The position numbers and the translations under genes are program-made. 64,000 nt of DNA, taken from contig JBILLK010000034.1 in NCBI GenBank assembly GCA_044376115.1, positions 32,001 through 96,000 on the forward strand, written 5' to 3'. The notes below the pieces were generated by a model, which saw only the letters and a program-made list of their open reading frames with translations, was not told the DNA's origin and made no database searches. This DNA is from Polyangiaceae bacterium. Lineage in GTDB: Bacteria; Myxococcota_A; Polyangia; Polyangiales; Polyangiaceae. This document shows, one piece after another, positions 9,431 to 18,164 of this stretch (within the stretch, counting starts at the first letter, position 1; every line of letters begins with the position of its first letter).

Positions 9431-9964
9431 ATGCTCGTGCCTCGCCTCGCTCGCACCGCTCCCACGGCACAGCGCCTAGCCAGCCTCGGGCTGCCTCTGC
9501 TGCTCGCGCTCGGCTGCGGCGAATCGGGCTCTGCGTCTTCTTCGCTGGCACCGTCCGCCTCGCTCGGTTCACCAAGCTTAGATGGCTGGAATACAGCGCA
9601 GATCGATTGGCGTCCGTATCAGGAGGGCCTGGCCGAAGCGCAACAGAGCAACAAGCCAATCGTGCTCGTGTTCTTCACCTCATGGTGCGGGCATTGCAAA
9701 AATTACAGTCATATCTTTGAAGACCAACGCGTCGTGGCGCAGTCCAAGCAGTTCGTCATGATCCGCCTCGATAAAGATCAGCATCGCGAACTCAGCAAAA
9801 AGTACGCGCTCGACGGCGAGTACATCCCGCGCACTTTCATCCTCCGCCCTGACGGTACGGTGCGTGAGGACATCCAAGAGCGGCGCGAAAAGTTCAAGTA
9901 CTTCTACGACGAGAAGAAGCCGGAGAACCTACTCGCAGCGCTCGAACGAGGGCTCAGCCCGTGA
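9431..9964 (+). CDS. Thioredoxin-fold lipoprotein, ERp18/AGR-like
   Basis: Lipobox LALGC; WCGHC active site; DGEYIPR cis-Pro loop; KYFY. Confidence 0.85.
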   Translation: MLVPRLARTAPTAQRLASLGLPLLLALGCGESGSASSSLAPSASLGSPSLDGWNTAQIDWRPYQEGLAEAQQSNKPIVLVFFTSWCGHCKNYSHIFEDQRVVAQSKQFVMIRLDKDQHRELSKKYALDGEYIPRTFILRPDGTVREDIQERREKFKYFYDEKKPENLLAALERGLSP

Positions 9965-10965
9965 GCGATGCTCCTCGTCTCCCGCCGCTTGCACCCTGGG
10001 AACAAAGCCTGCGGTCTCTGCTCGCGAGCACCGCTGCTTCAACCGCCGCCGGCCCAACCCCGGCTTTGCTCGCGGACTTTCTCGCGCGAGCTGAGCTCGC
10101 GCGAGAGCCCGCGAGCCACCCCCTCGACTGGGTCTTACAGACAGCGGCGGGCGCGTACGACATCGGTCAGGCCTTCGCGTGCGGCTACTTCGCAGCGACC
10201 GAGCAGTTGCTCGCTCGCTGCGGCGTCGCCACCCCGCGCGGCCAGCGCGTCAGCCTCGCCGTAACCGAGCCCGGCGGTGCGCATCCGCGCGCGTTGCGCT
10301 CCAACCTGCAGCTCCGTGACGGCGCGTTGACGCTGAGCGGGGAGAAGGTGTGGACCACGCTGGCGGATCTCGCGACGCACCTTTTGATCGTCGTGCGTGA
10401 CGAGCGCGAAGCAACGTCATCCAGCGATCTGCCGAGGCTCGTAGCGTTTCTTTGCCCAGCCGGTAGCGACGGCCTTGCGCTCGAGCTGCTGCCCGAAACA
10501 CCCTTCTGCCCGGAGTTGCGCCACGGTCGGCTGCAGTTTGAGCGGCTCGGCGTGACCGCCGAAGAGCGTGTCGCAGAAGATGCTTTCACGCAGCTCCTCA
10601 AGCCCTTTCGCAGCTTGGAGGACGCGACGGTTGCTGCTGCAGTGCTCAGCTTTCTCTGCCGCCTGACGGTGCAACGCGGCCTCTCCCAAGCGCTTACCGC
10701 GCGCACGCTGCTGCTCCTGCATGGCGTTTGGTCGCTCGCGCAGGCGCCCGATGGTCCCTTCGTCTGGGTGGCCTTGGCCGGCCTGATGGACGAACTGCAG
10801 GCCTTGCTGCCCCAACTCGTAGACGCATTGCGCGCCGAGCACCCCGCGTGTGCCGACGCCTTGCAACGCGATTTACCGCTGCTCGCGGTGACCTCTCGGC
10901 TGCGCGCTACGCGACGAGCCAAAGGGCTCGCCGCGCTCAGCGCTCAGCCTCCGTTAACTACTTGA
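9961..10965 (+). CDS. Acyl-CoA dehydrogenase-like protein (short form)
   Basis: SLAVTEPGG, LSGEKVWTT, KPFRSLED; GTGA overlap with the upstream gene. Confidence 0.75.
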   Translation: MSDAPRLPPLAPWEQSLRSLLASTAASTAAGPTPALLADFLARAELAREPASHPLDWVLQTAAGAYDIGQAFACGYFAATEQLLARCGVATPRGQRVSLAVTEPGGAHPRALRSNLQLRDGALTLSGEKVWTTLADLATHLLIVVRDEREATSSSDLPRLVAFLCPAGSDGLALELLPETPFCPELRHGRLQFERLGVTAEERVAEDAFTQLLKPFRSLEDATVAAAVLSFLCRLTVQRGLSQALTARTLLLLHGVWSLAQAPDGPFVWVALAGLMDELQALLPQLVDALRAEHPACADALQRDLPLLAVTSRLRATRRAKGLAALSAQPPLTT

Positions 10966-11866
10966 TGCGAATCGCGATGGTGAGCAGCACCGGCAGATCG
11001 CTGATCTCAATCGTCGAGCCGTCCGCAGAGACTGCACCTTCCGCAACCACGGCCCACTCGCTGTAACCACCGAAGTGCTCGCCGATATCGAGCTCTTGGC
11101 CAAGCACCTCGACCGCCGTATTGGCGCCGAGCTTTGCGGTGTTGGGGATCGAAACGGCGACGCCCGGGCAGAACAACGTGTCCACCGGACCGAGCCCAAC
11201 CACCATGGCGAAGCCTGCTTCACCGGTGATCTGGGCGACCTGCGCTGCATCCGAAACCGTCACCGCGCGGAAAGTTTGCTTGGCGGGCTCATCGTAGATG
11301 AGTTCGTTCACGACCACGGCGCCGCCGCTCGGCACCGTGAGACTCACGTCATCCGCGGTGACCGTTGCACCCGCAGCGAACTGCGACCCGCTGTCGACAA
11401 TCAGCGGGAACACGCCGGACATCGTGGGGCCGCCGGTGTACGGATAACCAATCTTGGCGTACGTCAGGCTGTCTCCCGGCTTGAACACCGGCCGATCCAA
11501 CGAGTCCGAGCCGGTGAAGGTCGCCATTCCGATGGCGTTGGTGGTGGCAAACAGGCAGTTATCCGCGCCGCAAAGCTGCATCGGCACCATCGCCACCGGA
11601 TCGCCAGTCTCGTCTTGTGCGGTCGCAGCCACGGACGTCAGCGGCACCTCGTTTACGGCGCCTGGAGTCGCGGGAGGCGGCTCACAATCCACCGTGCTGC
11701 CGCCGCCGCCGTCGGTCGTGCTACCGCCGCCGCCGTCGGTCGTGCTACCGCCGCCGCCGTCCGTCGCGCTCCCGGCCGAACCTCCACCTCCAGCGCTGCT
11801 CGAGTCTCCACACGCCAACAGCAGAAAGGTGGAGATCACAGATGACGCTACAAAAGAACGATTCAT
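10958..11866 (-). CDS. Hypothetical lipoprotein with Gly/Ser/Thr linker
   Basis: SD GAGGAGG before ATG 11866; lipobox LLLAC; GGGGSTTD repeats followed by a beta-rich domain. Confidence 0.8.
   Translation of the reverse strand: MNRSFVASSVISTFLLLACGDSSSAGGGGSAGSATDGGGGSTTDGGGGSTTDGGGGSTVDCEPPPATPGAVNEVPLTSVAATAQDETGDPVAMVPMQLCGADNCLFATTNAIGMATFTGSDSLDRPVFKPGDSLTYAKIGYPYTGGPTMSGVFPLIVDSGSQFAAGATVTADDVSLTVPSGGAVVVNELIYDEPAKQTFRAVTVSDAAQVAQITGEAGFAMVVGLGPVDTLFCPGVAVSIPNTAKLGANTAVEVLGQELDIGEHFGGYSEWAVVAEGAVSADGSTIEISDLPVLLTIAIRIK
11693..11764. repeat. 24-bp tandem repeat x3 encoding TDGGGGST
   Basis: Three near-identical copies of cgtgctaccgccgccgccgtcggt. Confidence 0.8.
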
Positions 11867-11951
11867 GGCAGCCTCCTCGATGGCAAAGTCACGTGCGGAC
11901 GTGGTGACTTGAACGCGGCTCCGCGACAAGCTCCATCGTCCTGCGGCGGTT

Positions 11952-11966
11952 TTGACTAATAGTCAA
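11952..11966. promoter_or_regulatory. AT-rich perfect palindrome TTGACTA-A-TAGTCAA, candidate operator
   Basis: 7-bp perfect arms in intergenic DNA about 85 nt upstream of the 11866 start. Confidence 0.55.
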
Positions 11967-12010
11967 TAGTGCAACCGCGGGTCTCTCTCAAGCCCCGGTT
12001 GCAACCGGGT

Positions 12011-12964
12011 TTAGCTCAAGGCCGAGTCGTCGGCGAGGCAGTCGCGCGCTCGGCCTTCTTGTTTGGCGCGATAGAGCGCGATGTCGGCGCGGCGGATCAA
12101 CTGGTCCGTGAGAAATTCGTTGTCGGCGTCGGCGACGGCGACGCCACTGCTGAAGGACAGGTGCTCGGCGCCGCTGTCGCGCTTGTGCTCGGGTAGTTGG
12201 AGTGGAAAGAGCACGAATGCCGCGCGTATGCGAGCGAGCACGGATAGGCCGCCTTGCCTGCCGTTGTTGCGCAGGAGGAGCACAAACTCCTCGCCGCCGA
12301 AGCGGAAGGCCGCATCCTCCTTGCGGATCGAGGCGCCCAGCGTACGTGCAAAGATCTTGAGCGCTTGGTCGCCGGTATCGTGGCCAAAGCGATCGTTGAT
12401 CGACTTGAAGTGGTCGATGTCGAGCAGGCACAAACAAAGCGGCGCCGAGTAGCGCTTGGCGAACGCGGATTCCTCGCGCAGCCGCTCATGCAAGAGCTGC
12501 CGATTGCCGAGCTGGGTGAGCGGATCGATGCGCGCGAGCAGCTCCGCCTGGCGCAGCCGATCGCGCGCTTCACTGCGTGTTCGCACCGCGCGCACGGCCT
12601 TGGCTTTGAGCACCGGTCCGCTGAACGGTTTGGACAGATGGTCGGCAGCACCAAGCTCTGCCGCCTCGACGAAGTCGGTTTCAGCGTTGGCATGGGCGGT
12701 GAGCATGACCACCGGAATCAGCTTTAGCGCCGCGTCCGAGGTCATCGTTCGCAGCACCTCAAAGCCGTTGAGGCCTGGCATCATCACGTCGAGTACCACC
12801 AGATCAATCAGCTCATGTTGCTCGCGAAGGATGCGCAGCGCCTCAATCCCATCGGCGGCCTCCAAGCAGGTGAGGTTCGCGTGGGTAAGCCACTTCACGA
12901 CGAGAAAGCGCGTGGCTTGGTCGTCGTCCACCACCAGCACCGTGCCTTCACTAGCCGTTTTCAC
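12011..12964 (-). CDS. Response regulator diguanylate cyclase (REC-GGDEF)
   Basis: VVDDD, LDVMMP, KPF receiver motifs; DPLT, DIDHFKSINDRFGH, RKED I-site, GGEEF. Confidence 0.95.
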   Translation of the reverse strand: MKTASEGTVLVVDDDQATRFLVVKWLTHANLTCLEAADGIEALRILREQHELIDLVVLDVMMPGLNGFEVLRTMTSDAALKLIPVVMLTAHANAETDFVEAAELGAADHLSKPFSGPVLKAKAVRAVRTRSEARDRLRQAELLARIDPLTQLGNRQLLHERLREESAFAKRYSAPLCLCLLDIDHFKSINDRFGHDTGDQALKIFARTLGASIRKEDAAFRFGGEEFVLLLRNNGRQGGLSVLARIRAAFVLFPLQLPEHKRDSGAEHLSFSSGVAVADADNEFLTDQLIRRADIALYRAKQEGRARDCLADDSALS

Positions 12965-13676
12965 TAGCTCTGCTCAGCTGGCTCGAGGGTGTGAGCACCT
13001 TGGTCCAGGGCCCTGCAACCGTCTCTTTTGTAAGCCGCGTAGCGAGCTCCTTCAGATAGCGAGTTCGCGACCAGTCTTCAGCGCCGAAGCGTTCGAGATG
13101 CTCGGTGTGTACCTGGCAATCCACGAGGTCCACCCCCAGCTGCGGGAGCGACGCAACCAGCGTAACGAACGCTATCTTGGAGGCATCGGCGCAGCGGGCG
13201 AACATCGATTCACCAAAGAAGATACCGCCTAGCGCGACGCCGTAAAGCCCGCCCGCGAGCTCGCCGTTTTGGAAGGCCTCCACCGAGTGCGCGAGGCCAA
13301 GCTCGTGCAGCCGCTCATACGCTTCGATCATGTCGTCGGTGATCCAGGTGCCATCCTGACCGGGCCGCGGCTCTTCTGCGCAGCTGCGGATCACATCGCC
13401 AAACCGCGTATCGAAGCGGATGTCGAAGGTGCCGCGACGCTGGGCCTTCTTGAGGCTCTTGGGCACATGCAGTTTGTCTACGACGAGTACGTAACGCGGG
13501 TCCGGGCTGTACCAAAGAATGGGGACGTCGCTGCTGTACCAAGGAAAGATCCCGCTCGAATAAGCGAGGATCAAGCGTTCGGCGGAAAGGTCCCCGCCGA
13601 GCGCCAAGAGGCCGCTCGGCTCCGCGAGATGCACGGGAGGAAAGGCCAAGCGCTGGTCGAGTCGGAAGACGGTCAA
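12951..13676 (-). CDS. aat: Leucyl/phenylalanyl-tRNA--protein transferase
   Basis: GLLALGGDL, AYSSGIFPW, WYSPDPR, GTWIT, AHSVE, GGLYGV, FFGESMF, DASK, DCQ. Confidence 0.97.
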   Translation of the reverse strand: MTVFRLDQRLAFPPVHLAEPSGLLALGGDLSAERLILAYSSGIFPWYSSDVPILWYSPDPRYVLVVDKLHVPKSLKKAQRRGTFDIRFDTRFGDVIRSCAEEPRPGQDGTWITDDMIEAYERLHELGLAHSVEAFQNGELAGGLYGVALGGIFFGESMFARCADASKIAFVTLVASLPQLGVDLVDCQVHTEHLERFGAEDWSRTRYLKELATRLTKETVAGPWTKVLTPSSQLSRASENG

Positions 13677-13682
13677 GATGAA

Positions 13683-15533
13683 TCAGAAGCCGGGATCGGG
13701 GGTCTTTTTCAACGGCTTGCCGGACAAGGGTTTCCCCACCTTGGCCGAGGGTGCAGCGCTCGGTTCGGCGGTGGCTTTCACTTGGGCCGAGGTTTGCGGC
13801 TCTGGTTCGGCGACCGATGGAGACGTGGTGGCGGAAGCCGCATCCGGGGCCGCAGTGCTGGGCGCGGAGAGCGTCGCCGCCGCGGTCTCGGTGTTCTCGC
13901 TTTTCACCGTGGCCGCGGCTTCGGGAGGGGGGACGGGGCTTGCTGCCGGTGCTGCGGGCTCGGACGCACGAAGGGTCAAGGCGGCGTACGTTCCTACGCC
14001 CAAACTGCCGGCCACCAGCGCGGCGATCGCCAGCCAGGCTGCACCACTTCGCTTCTGTACCCGCACCGGCCCAACGGCCCCCGCGAACGTTGGCTGCGAG
14101 ACCGAGCCGCCGGGCATTGCGTTTGGCTGCGACGCGAAGTTGGGTTGTGAGCCGAAGTTGGGTTGTGAGCCGAAGTTGGGTTGTGAGCCGAAGTTGGGTT
14201 GTGAGGGCTGCGCGGCGAAGTTCGGCTGTGAGGGCTGCGCGGCGAAGCCGGGCGATGACGCGAAACCCGGCTGCGAGGGCTGCGAAGCGAAGCCCGGTTG
14301 CGAGAAGCTAGGCTGCGAAGGGAAGCCCGGCTGTGAGGGCTGTGAAGCGAAACCTGGTTGCGAAGCGAGGCCGGGATGCGAGGGCTGCGACGAAAAGCCA
14401 GGCTGCGACGAAAAACCCGGTATCGCCGGGAAGCGCGCACCTGGGCCATGGGGCATCGGCGAGATCACCGCGGTGCCGTTTTCGAGCGACATCTCCCGCA
14501 AGTTGACGGGCTGCTGATTGAGCGAGACCGAAAGCAGATCTGCGTCGGAGAGGATCGCCACGGTTTGGGCCTCACCGCCGTCCGGCTCGGAGTCACGAGG
14601 CGCAGCGACGTCGCCGAGTCGCGAACGGCGCAGCGCCGCTTCGCCGCGCCGACCGGGTTGGCGCACCGCAGCTTCGGTTGGCTGCGCGAAGGCCGCTAGC
14701 GCATCCGCCATCTCGTCGGCCGATTGATAACGGTTCTCGCGCTCGGGGGCGCAGGCCTTCTTGATGATGGCGCAAAAGGACTCCGGTAGATCTGGCACCA
14801 AACTCCGCGGATCTGGGAAGGGCTCGTACGCGACCTTGAACAAGAGCTCGGCGAAGTTGGCGCCTTTGCGAGGCACCTGGCCGGTCACGGCCTCGAACAG
14901 GATCACGCCAACGCCGTACAGATCGCTTGTCGCGTTGACTGCGTGTGACGCGCGCAGGTGCTCCGGACTCATGTAGTTGGGCGAGCCAAGCACCGTCCCG
15001 GTCTTGGTTTGCGCGCCCTCACTCTCGCTGAACTTGGAGATGCCGAAATCCAAGATCTTGACGAAGTCGACGAAGCCGCGATGCACTCGCGAAAGAAAGA
15101 TGTTGTCCGGCTTGAGGTCGCGGTGAACGACGCCTGCTTCGTGTGCGGCTGCGAGCCCCTCCAGCAGTTGCAACACCAGGCCCGAGATCTCGGGCACCGA
15201 CATACGCTTCTGCCGCGCCAGGCGCGCGCGCAGGCTCTCGCCGTCGAGATACTCCATCACGATGTAGCGTTCGCCCGCGGGCGTCATACCAAGGTCGAAC
15301 ACCTCGACGATATGCTCGTTGCCAATTTTTCCAGCGGCGCGCGCTTCTTTGTCAAAGCGGTCGGCCATCTCGGCGACCGCACTCGCGGCGGCGTGCAGCA
15401 GTTTGATCGCCACCACCTTCTCGACGCGTAGGTGCTCGCCAGCGTACACGGCTCCCATCCCGCCTTCTCCGAGCTTGCGCAGGATGCGGTACTTCCCGTC
15501 GAGGATCTCGCCCACTCTGGGCGCGGAGGCCAT
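13683..15533 (-). CDS. Membrane Ser/Thr protein kinase with SQP-repeat linker
   Basis: GEGGMG, VAIK, HRDLKPDN, DFG, GSPNYMSPE; SQP repeats; TM AWLAIAALVAGSLGVG; C-terminal DPGF. Confidence 0.95.
   Translation of the reverse strand: MASAPRVGEILDGKYRILRKLGEGGMGAVYAGEHLRVEKVVAIKLLHAAASAVAEMADRFDKEARAAGKIGNEHIVEVFDLGMTPAGERYIVMEYLDGESLRARLARQKRMSVPEISGLVLQLLEGLAAAHEAGVVHRDLKPDNIFLSRVHRGFVDFVKILDFGISKFSESEGAQTKTGTVLGSPNYMSPEHLRASHAVNATSDLYGVGVILFEAVTGQVPRKGANFAELLFKVAYEPFPDPRSLVPDLPESFCAIIKKACAPERENRYQSADEMADALAAFAQPTEAAVRQPGRRGEAALRRSRLGDVAAPRDSEPDGGEAQTVAILSDADLLSVSLNQQPVNLREMSLENGTAVISPMPHGPGARFPAIPGFSSQPGFSSQPSHPGLASQPGFASQPSQPGFPSQPSFSQPGFASQPSQPGFASSPGFAAQPSQPNFAAQPSQPNFGSQPNFGSQPNFGSQPNFASQPNAMPGGSVSQPTFAGAVGPVRVQKRSGAAWLAIAALVAGSLGVGTYAALTLRASEPAAPAASPVPPPEAAATVKSENTETAAATLSAPSTAAPDAASATTSPSVAEPEPQTSAQVKATAEPSAAPSAKVGKPLSGKPLKKTPDPGF
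14135..14205. repeat. 18-bp tandem repeat (cgaagttgggttgtgagc, about 4 copies) encoding SQPNFG
   Basis: Three exact copies plus a 17/18 copy, within a longer degenerate array reaching about 14420. Confidence 0.9.
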
Positions 15534-15668
15534 CGCTCCACGGTAGCAGCGAACGCGGGCGATGTCTCTTTCCCGAGAAACGGGAGCGGGTTTGATTGCC
15601 TACCTTTACGCAGTCCGCGGGACAGAAAAAACGCTTACGGGCCTTCAGCTTCGCTACGCTCCGCTGCG

Positions 15669-16694
15669 ATGGATGCCCGTCGGCCAATCGTCATCGCCCT
15701 CGCGGCTTTCGCCGTTACTTTCGCGCCGGCTGGATACGCGTGGGCGCAGCCCAAGCCCAAGGCCTCGGCCGAGCCCGCCTCCGCGAAGGACCAAGCGCGC
15801 GTGCTCTTCGAGAAGGGCACCACCGCGCTCGGCGATAAGGACTTCAAGACAGCTGCACAGCTGTTGAGCGAAGCCGAGGGGTTGTTCCACGCGCCCACGA
15901 CACTTTTTTACCTTGGCACCGCGCAAATGGAGCTTGGGCTCCTGCTCGAGGCGCAGGCAAGCTTCAAGCGCGTCGCCGAGGAGAAGCTCAGCCCCAAGGC
16001 CAGTGACGCCTTCAAAAAGGCCCAGTCCGAGTCGAAGAAGGCGCTCATCGATCTGGATGCACGCATCCCGAGCGTACTCGTCACCGTCGAGCCCGCGGGC
16101 AGCCAAGGCGTCACCGTAACGATGAACGGCAAACCGCTCGAGGGCGTCGTGCTCGGGGAAAAGAGCCGCATCAACCCGGGGAGCTATCAATTCGAAGCCA
16201 AGGCGGAGGGCCTGATCAGTGCCAAGCTCACGGTGGCCGCGGCCGAACGGACCACCGCTGACGTACGGCTCGTCCTGCAGCCCGTCGACAAACCGCAGGT
16301 TGAACAAGCGGTGATCGTGCAACCGGTTGGCGATGAGTGGCCGGCCGGCCGGGTCGCCTCGATCCCGATCATGATCACCGGCGGTGCTCTCGCTGTCGCG
16401 GGAGGCGTGCTGTTCGGCTTGTCGGCGATGAAGCGTTCAGAGGCGGATGACCGCTATGATCAATGCCCCACGTGTGAGGCTGAGGTGACGTCGCTCGATG
16501 ATCAAGCGACGCTGTTCGGCAATCTCGGTATTGGCTTTGCGGCAGTGGGCGGAGCGGCCGTGCTCTCCGGCGCGCTGATGTTCGCGCTCTTGGGGGAGAG
16601 TGGTGCTGAGGCGCCAGCAGCTGGCGACGTCTCCTTCCTGCTGGGCGTGCCGCAGGCGAACGTTGGCGCAAGCCTGCGCATCCAGCTGCAATAG
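15669..16694 (+). CDS. Secreted TPR plus PEGA-like domain protein
   Basis: Signal peptide ending AWA; ARVLFEKG...HAPTTLFYLG TPR; VTVTMNG...INPGSY PEGA-like; hydrophobic C-terminus. Confidence 0.8.
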   Translation: MDARRPIVIALAAFAVTFAPAGYAWAQPKPKASAEPASAKDQARVLFEKGTTALGDKDFKTAAQLLSEAEGLFHAPTTLFYLGTAQMELGLLLEAQASFKRVAEEKLSPKASDAFKKAQSESKKALIDLDARIPSVLVTVEPAGSQGVTVTMNGKPLEGVVLGEKSRINPGSYQFEAKAEGLISAKLTVAAAERTTADVRLVLQPVDKPQVEQAVIVQPVGDEWPAGRVASIPIMITGGALAVAGGVLFGLSAMKRSEADDRYDQCPTCEAEVTSLDDQATLFGNLGIGFAAVGGAAVLSGALMFALLGESGAEAPAAGDVSFLLGVPQANVGASLRIQLQ

Positions 16695-16736
16695 CGCTCC
16701 GTGAACGCCCATCGTCACAACCGCACCCAAGCTCGT

Positions 16737-17369
16737 ATGCGGTTCGGTCTGTTCGCCTGCCTCTTCGCTCTCGGTTGTGCCGCCACGCAGGAGGGCGCGG
16801 TCGATCCCGGCGTTCGCTTCGTCCCGCTGGCCAAAGACGCAAGCGGCCCAACGGCGAGCGTCTCGAGCGCGAGCACTCCGGTCGTAAGCGCTGCGGCCTC
16901 GGCCCCTTCCTTCGCTGCGGGTGCGGCTGCAGCTCCCAGCGCTACCCTTGGGACAAGCGCGGTTGCGCCCCCTCCGGCGGTCGCGCTCGCGTCCACCAGC
17001 CCAGGTTCTGTCGCGCCGCTCGCTGGGCCCACCGCCGAGGATGAGGAAGAAGGCGGCCCTATCGACTTTGAAGAGAGCGGTAGCCTTTCATTGGCCCAAC
17101 GCGCGGTGCTGAAGGTCGTTGGGCGCTGCTTTGTGCGCGCGCTCGAGCGTGGTGATGAGTCAAACGGCGCGCTCTGGGTGCAGCTCTCGGTGGCCGCTGA
17201 CGGTCGCGTGGAGTCGGCCCTGCTCGCGGACGGATTTTCTCCCTACGTCAAAACCTGCGCCTCAGCAAAGCTCAAGGCGCTCTCCTTCCCGGAGAGCCCC
17301 GAGGAGCTACGTACCTATCGCTTTCCGATCAATGAAATAGCAACAGAGTCACGTGAGCCTGAGAATTGA
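16737..17369 (+). CDS. Lipoprotein with Ala/Pro/Ser linker and TonB-C/AgmX-like C-terminal domain
   Basis: Lipobox FALGC; RCF...G.L.V.L.V..DGRV...C...LSFP...YRFPI pattern. Confidence 0.65.
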   Translation: MRFGLFACLFALGCAATQEGAVDPGVRFVPLAKDASGPTASVSSASTPVVSAAASAPSFAAGAAAAPSATLGTSAVAPPPAVALASTSPGSVAPLAGPTAEDEEEGGPIDFEESGSLSLAQRAVLKVVGRCFVRALERGDESNGALWVQLSVAADGRVESALLADGFSPYVKTCASAKLKALSFPESPEELRTYRFPINEIATESREPEN

Positions 17370-17372
17370 GCC

Positions 17373-18164
17373 TCATGCGGCGGAGTTCTCGGCGTCCAGG
17401 CTGAGGCGGACCTCGGCGGTCGGAACGCCCATCGGGCCAAAGCTCCTCTCGATCATGAAGCCGCCGCGTTGCCCCACCGCGGCCAGCGTGCTCGCTCGGG
17501 TACCGTATTGAGCCCCAAGCACGAACGCAGCCGAGAGCCGCCGCTCGAGCTCCAAAGGCACGCCGGTGGCCGGGAGTTCACCGTCGGGCGCTAACGCTGT
17601 ATTGGCGAGCCAATCGAGGAAGCCTGGTTCGGGCGCTCGAGCGGCCTGCGCGGCAGCCGCCATCTGCTGCTCAAGCCGCTGCACTTTGGGCCACTGCTCG
17701 CCGAGCCGCCCGTTGGATAACGTCCAAATGCCCGGCGTTAGGCGATGCGCTGTAACGCTGCCAACGCCCACTCCCCCGGCGCTATCACGAATATAGTAGG
17801 CAGAGGTCGGATCCCCGACCAACAGGTTGAAAGAAGCATATTGCTCAGCACTACCTGCGACGTTTTGCGCATAGTCAGCCGCCGTGGCTTGCCCGCGAAG
17901 ATAATCCGCTACGAGCGCCCCGCGGGAGGCGCCCTCTTTGCGTGCTTCGGGGTGTCGTAAGTTCGTAACAGCGGCAAACCGACCCGAGCCGGTGAGCCCC
18001 AGCCAGCCTCCGCCTCGTTCCAGATCACGACCGCCAAACACCAACGGTTGATCGCTCCAGCGAGCAAGGGGTGAAGTAGGCCGGGCAAAGAACTCGTCGC
18101 GATTGCCCAGTAAGACGATTGGAAAGTCGGCAAAGATGCCAAAAGCAAGGCTAATTAGGCACAT
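17373..18164 (-). CDS. NRDE/TANGO2-family protein
   Basis: MCL start, NRDEF, GRDLERGGGWLG, SRG.LV, FNL, LSN...WPK, YGTRAST. Confidence 0.95.
   Translation of the reverse strand: MCLISLAFGIFADFPIVLLGNRDEFFARPTSPLARWSDQPLVFGGRDLERGGGWLGLTGSGRFAAVTNLRHPEARKEGASRGALVADYLRGQATAADYAQNVAGSAEQYASFNLLVGDPTSAYYIRDSAGGVGVGSVTAHRLTPGIWTLSNGRLGEQWPKVQRLEQQMAAAAQAARAPEPGFLDWLANTALAPDGELPATGVPLELERRLSAAFVLGAQYGTRASTLAAVGQRGGFMIERSFGPMGVPTAEVRLSLDAENSAA

Noticed and set aside
14135..14205. Tandem repeats as a possible CRISPR array
   Set aside because: No spacers, 18-bp in-frame coding unit, no cas genes
13678..14517. Plus-strand ORF with CEPKLG/CEGC repeats resembling a metallothionein or RiPP precursor
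   Set aside because: It is the antisense shadow of the kinase SQP repeats and lies almost wholly within a well-supported gene
17373..18164. NRDE/TANGO2 as a haem chaperone linked to the hem operon
   Set aside because: It lies about 25 kb away, and that role for the family is disputed
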